Shown: one piece after another, positions 1 through 8,854 of the stretch | Numbering within the stretch: position 1 is the first letter of the stretch | How the letters are laid out: each line of letters starts with the position of its first letter | NCBI GenBank assembly: GCA_943789275.1 | Contig: CALSTM010000001.1 | Span: forward strand, 570,001-602,000 | DNA: 32,000 bases | Origin: Candidatus Poseidoniaceae archaeon | GTDB lineage: Archaea; Thermoplasmatota; Poseidoniia; Poseidoniales; Poseidoniaceae | Reading direction: 5' to 3' | Translations under genes and position numbers: made by a program | Notes under the pieces: model-generated | What the model was told of the DNA's origin: nothing | The model's input: the letters and a program-made list of their open reading frames with translations, nothing else | The model's database searches: none

Positions 1-780
1 GATGAACTTGAACAGATATCAGCCATTACACGGGCAAGTGAGCGCTGGCTTGTCATTGATGCACAAGTCGGACAAGCTGCTGGACCTGTCGCTGCATCCT
101 TCCACACCCTTGCAGGAGTCACTGGAATTGTCATCACCAAACTCGATGGTACGGCCCGTGGTGGTGGTGCACTTTCCGCAGTTGCTGCTACTGGAGCACC
201 AATTGTACACATCGGTACCGGAGAAAATGTACCTGACTTAGAGAAATTTGAATCGGATCGTTTCATTTCTCGTCTTCTCGGAATGGGGGATATTCAGGGC
301 CTCATTGATTTAGCCCCTGATGATATGGATGAAGAAGAAGCCATGCGTCTCACACAGCGCTTGATGAGTGGACGATTCACACTCAATGACATGTACAAAC
401 AAATGGAGATGATGTCCAAAGTTGGCACCATTGACAAATTGATGTCCTTTTTGCCAGGCAACATGCTCGGTGGAATGGGCGCTATGTCCAAAGGCCAAAA
501 AGAGGCCATGCAAGGAAATCTCGACCGTTACCGAACCATCATGGACAGCATGACTACATGGGAAAAGAATGAACCTGCTAAAATCAAGGCAGACCGTATA
601 CGAAGGGTCGCTCGTGGATCTGGTGTTCGGGAAAAGGATGTTCGAGAACTCATCGCTCAATGGAACCGCTCACGTAAGATGATGAAAGGCATGGGTGGAA
701 ATCGAAAACTGAACAAGCAAATGCGTAAGATGATGAAAGAAGGTGACATGGACATCGACCCGTCATCTTTTGGAATGTAA
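1..780 (+). CDS. srp54: Signal recognition particle protein SRP54 (C-terminal part, 5' end outside window)
   Basis: Frame 1 is open from base 1: DELEQISAITRASERWLVIDAQVGQAAG...GIVITKLDGTARGGGALSAV...HIGTGENVPDLEKFESDRFISRLLGMGDIQGL. This is the G4 (TKLD) to G5 end of the SRP GTPase domain. The Met-rich M domain follows (MMSKVGTIDKLMSFLPGNMLGGMGAM). ORF-track entry 283..780 is only the Met-started tail. The frame-2 ORF 2..241 is spurious. Confidence 0.9.
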   Translation, partial: DELEQISAITRASERWLVIDAQVGQAAGPVAASFHTLAGVTGIVITKLDGTARGGGALSAVAATGAPIVHIGTGENVPDLEKFESDRFISRLLGMGDIQGLIDLAPDDMDEEEAMRLTQRLMSGRFTLNDMYKQMEMMSKVGTIDKLMSFLPGNMLGGMGAMSKGQKEAMQGNLDRYRTIMDSMTTWEKNEPAKIKADRIRRVARGSGVREKDVRELIAQWNRSRKMMKGMGGNRKLNKQMRKMMKEGDMDIDPSSFGM

Positions 781-796
781 TCCCAACCCCTTTTAG

Positions 797-1012
797 GTGC
801 CGGCCCTTCGTTATACTGTGCGCAGACTTGTTCTGATTTTTGTTACCCTCATGATGCTGCAAAGCGCATCAGTCATGGCAACTGCCCACGGACGCGCAAC
901 TTCAATGGAACTCTCAACGGCAAAATACGATTGGCTCTCAAACGAAACGATTGCTGTCAATGTTGAGATCACCAATGCCCCTTCGTTTGATGCCTTTCAG
1001 CGCCAAGAGTGA
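797..1012 (+). CDS. Hypothetical small protein with signal-peptide-like N-terminus
   Basis: GTG-started 71-codon ORF. The N-terminus RRLVLIFVTLMMLQSASVMATAHG resembles a signal peptide. No recognisable domain. It fills the gap between srp54 and the convergent gene and may be non-coding. Confidence 0.3.
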   Translation: MPALRYTVRRLVLIFVTLMMLQSASVMATAHGRATSMELSTAKYDWLSNETIAVNVEITNAPSFDAFQRQE

Positions 1013-1013
1013 A

Positions 1014-1670
1014 TCACTCTTCTTCATACTTTGAAGCAAGATGCGCACTCACCAAAGAAAGATTGCAGTATGGGCAGGCGTCTTTTGGATTCAGCAAATC
1101 AGGGCGAATGGCAAGAATAGCCATACAATGTGGACAGGCAGCGAGCATTTCTCCCGGTTCCAATTCAATCTGCTGGAAGTTTTCAGAACGGCCAAAATAG
1201 GCGTTCTTGTACGAAGGATGAAAATGCGAAAGGGAACGGCGAGCGGAGCCAAAAGTAGCCCACGTGAACAGGAAAATCCACAGCAGGTAACTCATACCTC
1301 CCGTCATAAAACCGTACAAGGACATGAGGGCATTGATTCCAAAGAAACCTCCAGCCAGGCCAATAACTGCAGCGCCGGGCCAGTAAGCGATTGCTGAACG
1401 GCGACGGTATGCCAACCAAACTGCGATGAGAACACCTGCCAGAATACCGATAACGATACTCGCGACCCCCTCTGGCAAATATGGAGTGAATTGGGAACCA
1501 ATGAACAGGAGTACGAGGCTATCAATGAAGAGCACGAAGGTAATTCCACGGTGCAGACGAAGGTACGGATTGGAATCATCCGACATCTGGTAGGGACGCA
1601 TACCGGCAATGACCATCTCATCAGCACGGTCTGCCATACACATCCCTGTGGTCCATTGCGTTTGAATCAT
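1014..1670 (-). CDS. Integral membrane protein with C-terminal CxxC...CxxC zinc ribbon
   Basis: 218-aa ORF with several long hydrophobic segments (FVLFIDSLVLLFIGSQF, VASIVIGILAGVLIAVWLAY, AAVIGLAGGFFGINALMSLYGF, YLLWIFLFTWATFG). The C-terminus carries CPHC-x16-CPYC. Several in-frame Met codons make the start uncertain. Confidence 0.6.
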   Translation of the reverse strand: MIQTQWTTGMCMADRADEMVIAGMRPYQMSDDSNPYLRLHRGITFVLFIDSLVLLFIGSQFTPYLPEGVASIVIGILAGVLIAVWLAYRRRSAIAYWPGAAVIGLAGGFFGINALMSLYGFMTGGMSYLLWIFLFTWATFGSARRSLSHFHPSYKNAYFGRSENFQQIELEPGEMLAACPHCMAILAIRPDLLNPKDACPYCNLSLVSAHLASKYEEE

Positions 1671-2932
1671 TGCTCGTAGAAAGCAAACTTAACTCAATGG
1701 AAGAAGTCATGATGGAGGCCATGCTGGCATTGCACATGGCGATACGAGACACCGATGTCGAAGTGCGGGGCGATAGCCTTGCAGGACGCACCGTTCTGCT
1801 CGGAGTTTCGGGAGGAATCGCCGCGGTTGATACTGTACGACTCGGTCGAGAACTTCGACGACACGGCGCCGATGTTCGAGTTGCTTTGACGCATTCTGCT
1901 CAACGCATTATCACCCCACTCGCTGTTGAGTGGGCGACACAGGGGGACGTGATTACCGATTGGGATGGAAACATGGAAGTTCTGAACGAAGTCGATGGAG
2001 TATTGGTTGCACCCGCCACACGTGATACCATGGCGAGTTTTGTCCATGGATTGCAACACGGACCATTGATGATGGCACTCAGTGTAGCCCGTAGCAGAAA
2101 TTGTCCGGTCATGATGGTTCCAAGCATGCATATGGACTTGGCCAAAGACCCCGTTACCGATGACATTGTGCAAGAAGTTCGCAAACACGGCATTTCAGTG
2201 CTGTGGGGTGAAGAAGAAGAGGGAAAAAGAAAAACTCCACATCATGAAGAAATAGTTGCTCGGTTTGCGCACCATATGAATGTACAAAAACCAAATCGTA
2301 AGGATGTGGTGATCACCCTGGGGTCTACGCGTTCGGCTATTGATGACATTCGATATGTTCAGAATACAAGTTCAGGCGCAACGGGGTTTGCGCTTGCAGA
2401 CGACCTTTACCGGCACGGCCACGACGTGACATGCGTTGCAGGTGTAACCAGTTCAGCTGCTCCAAAGTGGCTTCCACTTCTGCTCAAAACTCCAGAACCC
2501 AATCAGATGCTGAAAGAATTGCAAGTGCTTGCCAAAGACAAGATTCACGCATGGATTCACACGGCAGCAGTCTTGGATTACTTGGTTGCCAATCCTGCAG
2601 AAGGGAAGCTGGCAAGCCAACAGGGTTCACTCAATATTGAATTAATTGAAGGTGAAAAGCACATTGAGACCTTACGTGACGCATGCAAAGACGCTGTTCG
2701 AATTGGATTCAAATTGGAATCAGGAATTAAACAGAAAGATCTCATCTACCGTGCAACCGCTCAAATTGAAAAGGCAGGAATGACCGCTGTGGTTGCGAAT
2801 CGGCTCGAAGACCTCGGCCAAAAAGACAAACCCAGAGGATACCTTGTTGATTCACTGGGTAGCCACTTTGTATTGGAAACTCAACAAAAAATGTGCGAAG
2901 CTATTCGCACTTTTGTCGAACGTGGCATCTAA
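1670..2932 (+). CDS. coaBC: Bifunctional phosphopantothenoylcysteine decarboxylase / phosphopantothenate-cysteine ligase (CoaBC/Dfp)
   Basis: The N-terminal flavoprotein half reads RTVLLGVSGGIAAVDTVRLGRELRRHGADVRVALTHSAQRIITP ... APATRDTMASFVHG. The C-terminal CoaB half reads VVITLGSTRSAIDDIRYVQNTSSGATGFALADDLYRHGHDVTCVAG ... HTAAVLDY. The track start at 1670 is TTG and abuts the divergent gene, so ATG at 1697 (MEEVMMEAM) or later is more likely. Confidence 0.85.
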   Translation: MLVESKLNSMEEVMMEAMLALHMAIRDTDVEVRGDSLAGRTVLLGVSGGIAAVDTVRLGRELRRHGADVRVALTHSAQRIITPLAVEWATQGDVITDWDGNMEVLNEVDGVLVAPATRDTMASFVHGLQHGPLMMALSVARSRNCPVMMVPSMHMDLAKDPVTDDIVQEVRKHGISVLWGEEEEGKRKTPHHEEIVARFAHHMNVQKPNRKDVVITLGSTRSAIDDIRYVQNTSSGATGFALADDLYRHGHDVTCVAGVTSSAAPKWLPLLLKTPEPNQMLKELQVLAKDKIHAWIHTAAVLDYLVANPAEGKLASQQGSLNIELIEGEKHIETLRDACKDAVRIGFKLESGIKQKDLIYRATAQIEKAGMTAVVANRLEDLGQKDKPRGYLVDSLGSHFVLETQQKMCEAIRTFVERGI

Positions 2933-2942
2933 GGTGAAAGCG

Positions 2943-3602
2943 ATGCGTAGGTTTGCACTTCTTGGACACCGCGCCATGTCGCAAGGTAATCTTCCGTTGA
3001 ACGATATGGCGGGAGGAGCCGGCCGAATGGATGTGCTGGTCCGTGCGCTGATGGCTGCCATGCTGACCAGTCACGGGATACGCCATGACACAGAAGTCGT
3101 CTTGCATTTGATGGGAGGTCCAGGTCCGAATCGACGAATCAAATTTGTTGGCTCACTTCTCAAAGGCGTTCACGCTGAAGAACGAGCCGTTGGTGGACAA
3201 ATTGGCAAGGTACTGAAACTCCCAATACCAGCGCGTGGACAGTGGGTTGAACGCTCTGCAGGCATCTTTGACGGTGGTGGAGACATCAATCATACGTTGG
3301 CAGAGTGGTCTGAATCAACTGTTGTCTGTCTTGATGCGGATGCACCTCGGCTGTGGAATCAAGGAGAATCAATTCCATTGAAGAGCCAACCGCTCTCGAA
3401 GCACACCGGCGAACACGGTGATTTCACCGTATCAGGAATTGATATCGGGTTTATTCTCAGCGACGACAAACCACTTCCCGATACCGTAGGTTCAGATGCA
3501 ATGCTTCAACGCTCGCTCGGTGATGTTTGGTTGCAAGGACACATGGCCATTGGAGTCTGCCACTTCTTACTGGATGAGGGTGTAAAGCTCAATCTCGATT
3601 AA
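2943..3602 (+). CDS. trmY: tRNA (pseudouridine54-N1)-methyltransferase TrmY-like SPOUT protein
   Basis: MRRFALLGHRAMSQGNLPLNDMAGGAGRMDVLVRALMAAMLTSHGIRHDTEVVLHLMGGPGPNRRIKFVG matches my memory of the archaeal TrmY/DUF358 N-terminal pattern (DLPG..GR.D.l.R....A...SHG.R.D). I chose the ATG at 2943 because track start 2793 overlaps coaBC by 140 nt. Confidence 0.75.
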   Translation: MRRFALLGHRAMSQGNLPLNDMAGGAGRMDVLVRALMAAMLTSHGIRHDTEVVLHLMGGPGPNRRIKFVGSLLKGVHAEERAVGGQIGKVLKLPIPARGQWVERSAGIFDGGGDINHTLAEWSESTVVCLDADAPRLWNQGESIPLKSQPLSKHTGEHGDFTVSGIDIGFILSDDKPLPDTVGSDAMLQRSLGDVWLQGHMAIGVCHFLLDEGVKLNLD

Positions 3603-4582
3603 TCGTAAAGCCATGCAGGATATCCGCCTTCACAGGATTCCAAAGTCCATGTGAGAAGACGGTCATCAAGTGCCAGTGGATGGGTTTGCGGCCAGACCGG
3701 CAGACACGAAACACTTGCTTTACCTTCTTCGACAATATCGCAATCACTCTGCGCAACGACAGAATGGTCAATGGACGAAGCGCCAATGGTGAATGTCGCC
3801 GCTTCATCACCATCTATAGAATTGAAAGAGACAGCGTCACGGTACCATCGCATACCAAGTCGAGTGGTCGAAACACCACCAAACCAGCCAGGAGGGACGT
3901 TCAGATTGAGCATTAACTCACCTTGTCGGAAAGCCGTTCTCAAGGCCGCTTTCGGGTCATTCTCCCATGCAGGATGTTCAGGAATAACTGGCCAACGGGT
4001 CAAGTGAGGAGCCGACAAATCGACGGATGGACGACGCAGATTGACCGGTTCGATTGGCAGTACGCCGAGAGCCACCTCAATGAGTTCGACCGTCGCTTGT
4101 ATCGAGACCTCCATACCTTCCGGGTCAAAGGAGGTAAACGAGGAGGCAATGGCAGGCATTCCGTACAGACCAGCTTCACGTGCTGCACCCATCGTTCCGC
4201 TGTGATAGGAATCTTGTGACATGTTTGGTCCGAGATTTACGCCAGATACGACAAGTCGTGGGCGTATTCCAGGGACAGCGTGTTCGAGTCCTCCATCAAG
4301 TGCAACAATCATGGTGTCGCATGGCGTACCTTCAAGTTCAAACAATTTGGTTTCTCCAAGAGATGGATCGAGACCCCACTGTTCGATCAAGTCTTGACGT
4401 TGACGCAATTCCATAGGCGTCCCAAGATTAATTCTCATGCCTGCCGCAGAGTTGTTGGCATGCGGAGCGAAAGCCACAAGATTGTGACCTGCACTGTTCA
4501 ATGCCTGTACCAAAAGCCGGAAACCTGGCGCCTCTATACCGTCGTCATTGGTTAGCAAAATCCACCCTGTAGTACTCGACAT
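3599..4582 (-). CDS. surE: 5'/3'-nucleotidase SurE
   Basis: ATG start. The N-terminus WILLTNDDGIEAPGFRLLVQAL is the SurE signature, followed by VVSGVNLGPNMSQDSYHSGTMGAAREA. At 327 aa it is about 60-70 aa longer at the C-terminus than typical SurE. Confidence 0.85.
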   Translation of the reverse strand: MSSTTGWILLTNDDGIEAPGFRLLVQALNSAGHNLVAFAPHANNSAAGMRINLGTPMELRQRQDLIEQWGLDPSLGETKLFELEGTPCDTMIVALDGGLEHAVPGIRPRLVVSGVNLGPNMSQDSYHSGTMGAAREAGLYGMPAIASSFTSFDPEGMEVSIQATVELIEVALGVLPIEPVNLRRPSVDLSAPHLTRWPVIPEHPAWENDPKAALRTAFRQGELMLNLNVPPGWFGGVSTTRLGMRWYRDAVSFNSIDGDEAATFTIGASSIDHSVVAQSDCDIVEEGKASVSCLPVWPQTHPLALDDRLLTWTLESCEGGYPAWLYD

Positions 4583-4591
4583 AGAACCGCC

Positions 4592-5590
4592 TCAAATTTC
4601 GACGGACGCCGGCTGTCTTTCAGTGTTCGTATTCTCAACATCAACACCACCGTAAATAACCATGAGAACTCCAAGTACCAAAATCGGTCCACCGACCCAT
4701 GTCCAAAAACCTGGAACACCTGCGTCAAAAAAGGCCCAACCGATGAGAGAACCAAGCACCGGCTCAAGGGTAACACTGGTCGAAATGACGAGCGGAGAGA
4801 TGTATCTCAAGCAAGTATTGAGTCCGGTATGACCGAGCAATCCAGCGATAAGTGCCAACGCCAAGAACCACGGGAAAAATTCTGCATCCGTCCATCCAGT
4901 CATGCCAAAAGAGGAGAGTTCCGGCTCCATAAGCCAAGATGCAGGTAGAAGGAGTAACGATGCAAGCAAGGTCACGGGGAACGCATACAGGAAAATTGGC
5001 ATCCATTCCCTCAAGATGCGGCCACTGACAATATAGCCGACAACAAAGACTGCTCCAAAAAAGGCCAAGGAATCACCCCATAGAGTCACGGTATGACCTC
5101 CTTGTTGCGAACCCTGGTCAAGAAGAGTAACTGCTGCGCCTGAAAATCCGACCACTGCACCGAGAACTTCCAGCCGGGATGGCTTACGAAATCCAATGTA
5201 AAGAGCACTCAGAACACCCATTCCGACAATAATAATGAGTGGGTGAGCAGTCACGAACAGCAAAGAATGGGTCAATGATGTAGCATCAAGACTGGCGACC
5301 CATGCTCCGAAGTGGAGGGCGAGCGCAAAACTACTCGCAGCCAAGATCAACAAAGTATTCTTTTCAAACATTTTCTCCTTTGTCGATTTTTCCTGTTGTC
5401 GCCACTGATAGACAAAGAAGGGTGCGAGCACAATCGAAGTCAATTGCAACCGCCATGAAGCTCTCAACAGCGGTGGTACCGCATCAACATGCTGGAAAAG
5501 CGCACCTGCACTTGAAACTCCGCATACGGCGGCAACCAGCAAGCCCCAAACCCATACCGGGGTCGAGGGAGAGGAAGCCATACATCTCAC
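4592..5590 (-). CDS. EamA/DMT-family transporter
   Basis: About 10 hydrophobic helices in two similar halves, typical of drug/metabolite transporter (EamA) proteins. Track start 5590 is GTG; ATG at 5581 (MASSPSTPVWVWG) is the likely start. Confidence 0.75.
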   Translation of the reverse strand: MRCMASSPSTPVWVWGLLVAAVCGVSSAGALFQHVDAVPPLLRASWRLQLTSIVLAPFFVYQWRQQEKSTKEKMFEKNTLLILAASSFALALHFGAWVASLDATSLTHSLLFVTAHPLIIIVGMGVLSALYIGFRKPSRLEVLGAVVGFSGAAVTLLDQGSQQGGHTVTLWGDSLAFFGAVFVVGYIVSGRILREWMPIFLYAFPVTLLASLLLLPASWLMEPELSSFGMTGWTDAEFFPWFLALALIAGLLGHTGLNTCLRYISPLVISTSVTLEPVLGSLIGWAFFDAGVPGFWTWVGGPILVLGVLMVIYGGVDVENTNTERQPASVEI

Positions 5591-5592
5591 GC

Positions 5593-7968
5593 TCAGTTCT
5601 CAAGAACTGCATCGACGCTTTCTCCGCCAATGACTCCAGCACGCTTGAACAAGTAGTAGATACCGCCACCAATCGCTACATTCAGACCGATGAATCCAAC
5701 CATACGTCCAATGTACCATTGAACTGAAGAGGAGAACTCTTCGATTCCGAAGAATGTGCCAGTTTCGTTTTCTGGCGTAGCAATCCACAGCGAATCGATG
5801 AACGAAAGAATACTTGACTCAGTACCAAAGAACGCTTCGCCGGTGAGTAGACCAGCAGCCACCATGAATGTACTGAGGAGGATCAACGCACGCTGCTTCT
5901 CTGCAGTCGTCGCACCGTCTTTCTCTTTGATGGCTTCAATCTTCGGCGTGAGTCGCTTTTCTTCCCACTTATCACGTGAATAGCCGCCGATGAGCATTGG
6001 TAGTGTGTGCGGAACATCGAGGTACATTCCAAGTCCGAAGGAGGTTCCCATTCCGGTTCCCCATTCGACAAACATTCCCAATAAGAATCCAAGAGCGAGC
6101 AGAATCAAGTCACCCTCTCTCTCAGCAAAAATAACCGAGAATGTAGCAAAAGCATTGGCTTGAGGTGCCATCAAGTCGATGGTTCCATCAGCGAGTTGCT
6201 TTGAGAGGAAAATGGCAACACCTGCGCCGATGATGGCCCCAGGAATAACTCCCATGATGTTGCCTTTCGAGATGTGATAAGGACGGTTTCCAATGTACAA
6301 ACTGTTCTTGTAATCTCCAATCACCGTACCGGACATCGAGATTGCTGAGCCGAAGACCGTGGTACCAACAAGACCGAGGAGAACAGCATCTTGTGTGTTT
6401 AATTGCAGCAAGTCCTGTGCGTTTAAGAACACACCAAGCAGCATCAAAAGAACAATGAATGAGGTGCCAGAAACAGGCTCAATTCCTGTTTCACCCATCA
6501 CTCGGACTGCAATTGCACCAAGCAGGAAGGTTGTGAGAATCAAAACAGTAGCAAACACAAGCGAAGCCAGAATTGAGAATCCACCGATTGTGAAAATCAG
6601 AATCATGGCCAAGAACGTGATGCCCATGAAAATTGGAATGTGCTTGAGAGGCCATTCATACCAGCCCTTTCCTTCCATGTATTCTTGGCTGCCTTCACCC
6701 TTGAACGCAGAGCCAATATCGGCAAAGATGTTGACGAACGTTTTCCACATTTTCGCAAGGCCAAACATTCCACCACCGACAATTGAACCAATAGCAATGG
6801 TTCGTACGGATTTCGAGAAAGCAATCATCTGCAATGAAGCAGAGCCGCCGTCAGCATAGTCTTGGATGGGTATGCTTGCTTGGAGAGATGCATCGTAAAT
6901 TGGGAAGTTGAAGTAAACAACCGCAGGGACCAAGAAGAACCAACCGACCAATGTTCCAAGGTTAACAAGGAAGGCGACTCTTGTCTTCATGAACCATCCG
7001 ATGGCAAACATGGAGGGGGTCAAGGCCACACCAATGTAGGTGTAGGCAAATGGATTCCAGGCTGTGCCTTCCGACCATTGCGTGTAGTTGAGAGATTCAC
7101 CGGTTGCTTCATCGATTCCACTCGGCTGGTGGATTTTCCCTTTCGAGTAGAAAGTTGCTAAGCCGTATTCCCCAATATGGCCTTTTTCGGCCAAGAAGTC
7201 AAGAAGCGCCCACTTTTTCCCGTTCGCCCAAACAAGAGGATATTCGACAAGGAACAATCCACCCATGGTAATGGTGGTCCACCATCCAATGGTCTTCAGT
7301 GAATCACGAGCGTGTTCAACAGCACCGGTATTGACATCAGATGCAATGTCAAGCATCTTCAGGGTTGCCTCAAAACCAGGCAGCGGGAGTGGATCTTCAA
7401 CCAGCCAAACTCTGCGGAAAATGATGAAATACATAATGCCGAGGAATCCAGCAAACATACTGGCAACAATTCCCACGAAAGCCAGATTGAAGGTATCTGC
7501 ATTGGTAATCAGCGGGCCATCAGCTAAGAAGTACTTCGGGTCTGAAGCCAGCAAAAAGATTGCAGGAAAGGTGAAGATGAAACCGGTCGAAGCGTGGGTT
7601 GCACCGGTGGTTGCAGAGGTCGCAATGTTGACTTCTGATGGCGACCATTTGAGGGCCATACCCAAAAGGTAGGCAATATACCAAGCAGCCGAAATGGCAA
7701 GTCCAAGTTTGAGCCCAATGTAGGCAGTAACGCCGGAAAACACTGCGCCGATTGCAATACCATAGAACACCTTAGGCGTGCTCCAATGCGAAACTTCAAA
7801 CGATTCTTCGAGGTTCTTTTCCTCCAAGTATTGCTCGAGTACACCCGTATTGAGGTTGTTGTACATATCGTCGTCAAGCCAAGTCAATGTACCCTTTTCA
7901 ATGGCCTTGAGACCTTGTGGAGTGACCGGTTGGCGGTATGCAGATTTTTCGACACCCAAATGAAACAC
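5593..7968 (-). CDS. OPT-family oligopeptide transporter
   Basis: 791-aa polytopic membrane protein. Motifs include GVTAYIGLKLGLAISAAWYIAYLLG, the length fits, and the many Gly-rich helices match the OPT superfamily. GTG start at 7968. Confidence 0.85.
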   Translation of the reverse strand: MFHLGVEKSAYRQPVTPQGLKAIEKGTLTWLDDDMYNNLNTGVLEQYLEEKNLEESFEVSHWSTPKVFYGIAIGAVFSGVTAYIGLKLGLAISAAWYIAYLLGMALKWSPSEVNIATSATTGATHASTGFIFTFPAIFLLASDPKYFLADGPLITNADTFNLAFVGIVASMFAGFLGIMYFIIFRRVWLVEDPLPLPGFEATLKMLDIASDVNTGAVEHARDSLKTIGWWTTITMGGLFLVEYPLVWANGKKWALLDFLAEKGHIGEYGLATFYSKGKIHQPSGIDEATGESLNYTQWSEGTAWNPFAYTYIGVALTPSMFAIGWFMKTRVAFLVNLGTLVGWFFLVPAVVYFNFPIYDASLQASIPIQDYADGGSASLQMIAFSKSVRTIAIGSIVGGGMFGLAKMWKTFVNIFADIGSAFKGEGSQEYMEGKGWYEWPLKHIPIFMGITFLAMILIFTIGGFSILASLVFATVLILTTFLLGAIAVRVMGETGIEPVSGTSFIVLLMLLGVFLNAQDLLQLNTQDAVLLGLVGTTVFGSAISMSGTVIGDYKNSLYIGNRPYHISKGNIMGVIPGAIIGAGVAIFLSKQLADGTIDLMAPQANAFATFSVIFAEREGDLILLALGFLLGMFVEWGTGMGTSFGLGMYLDVPHTLPMLIGGYSRDKWEEKRLTPKIEAIKEKDGATTAEKQRALILLSTFMVAAGLLTGEAFFGTESSILSFIDSLWIATPENETGTFFGIEEFSSSVQWYIGRMVGFIGLNVAIGGGIYYLFKRAGVIGGESVDAVLEN

Positions 7969-8059
7969 ATCCTGTATACGCTACGCGTACATACCGAGGT
8001 AAAGCAATCCGTTTGAATAGGTTGCTGTTGTCTGTGATTGATTTTATCATGGTTTTGGC

Positions 8060-8782
8060 TTAAGATTCTTCACGGAATGATGATGAACGAATCAGTTTTG
8101 CCGGCAAACCGCCCCAAACTTCACCGGCAGGAATCGTGCGATACTTTGGGATTAATGCCTCGCTAGCAACGACGGCATCGACACCGACGGTAACGCCAGG
8201 CTGAACGATGGCCCCAGTTCCGACCAAAGACCCTTTTTCCATGTGAATCGGAGCGAAGACCATTTGACCTTTTTCGACCAAATGACCGTTGAACGTTGCA
8301 CCGCCGCCAATAACGCAATCATCATCGATACGGATGAGGCAGGGGTCATTGAGACGATGGGTGTTAATTTGCGTGTTTTTGCCGATTTTTGCACCGCAAA
8401 CTCTGTAGTAAATGTTGGAAACAAACGACGGTACAAAATGTTGCAAAACCGGCTGAGTGGACCGAAGAATCTGACCGCAGAAAGCCCATCGAATGGTACT
8501 GAATGAAGCCAAAGGTACGACGGTTTTTTCCTTGACTCGAACATGAAGGATAAACTGAAGGCTTGCCGAAAAGGTGAGCAAGGAAAAACTGTAGACAATT
8601 GCAGAGCTTGAAAAGGCGAGTCCTGTTAACAAAGCCTTCCCCCAGTCACTTTGAACGTCAAACAATCCCGTTACCCAATCATAATACATCAAAGCCGGTG
8701 CAAGTGGAATACCCCATACCAGAATCATGACAAGTATGACCACAATTGAGCCAAATGTTTGAATCAATTGGAAGGCTTTCAT
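8060..8782 (-). CDS. Membrane-anchored hexapeptide-repeat (left-handed beta-helix) acyltransferase-like protein
   Basis: ATG start. The first ~90 aa are hydrophobic (IVVILVMILVWGIPLAPALMYY, LLTGLAFSSSAIVYSFSLLTFSA). The C-terminal half has hexapeptide repeats: IGKNTQINTHRLNDPCLIRIDDDCVIGGGATFNGH ... GSLVGTGAIVQPGVTVGVDAVVASEALI. Confidence 0.7.
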   Translation of the reverse strand: MKAFQLIQTFGSIVVILVMILVWGIPLAPALMYYDWVTGLFDVQSDWGKALLTGLAFSSSAIVYSFSLLTFSASLQFILHVRVKEKTVVPLASFSTIRWAFCGQILRSTQPVLQHFVPSFVSNIYYRVCGAKIGKNTQINTHRLNDPCLIRIDDDCVIGGGATFNGHLVEKGQMVFAPIHMEKGSLVGTGAIVQPGVTVGVDAVVASEALIPKYRTIPAGEVWGGLPAKLIRSSSFREES

Positions 8783-8854
8783 GACTACCGCTCCATTCTT
8801 CGGCCAATAAAAGTACGCATGGCAGAATGTGCAAATCTCGGATTAAAGACACAC

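Noticed and set aside
2-241. 79-aa plus-strand ORF at the window start (frame 2)
   Set aside because: Frame 1 over the same bases encodes an unmistakable SRP54 GTPase domain, which continues into the 283..780 M-domain ORF. The frame-2 product has no recognisable features.
2793-2942. N-terminal extension of the TrmY-like ORF as listed in the ORF track
   Set aside because: It overlaps the 3' end of coaBC by 140 nt. The family-typical N-terminus begins at the ATG at 2943.
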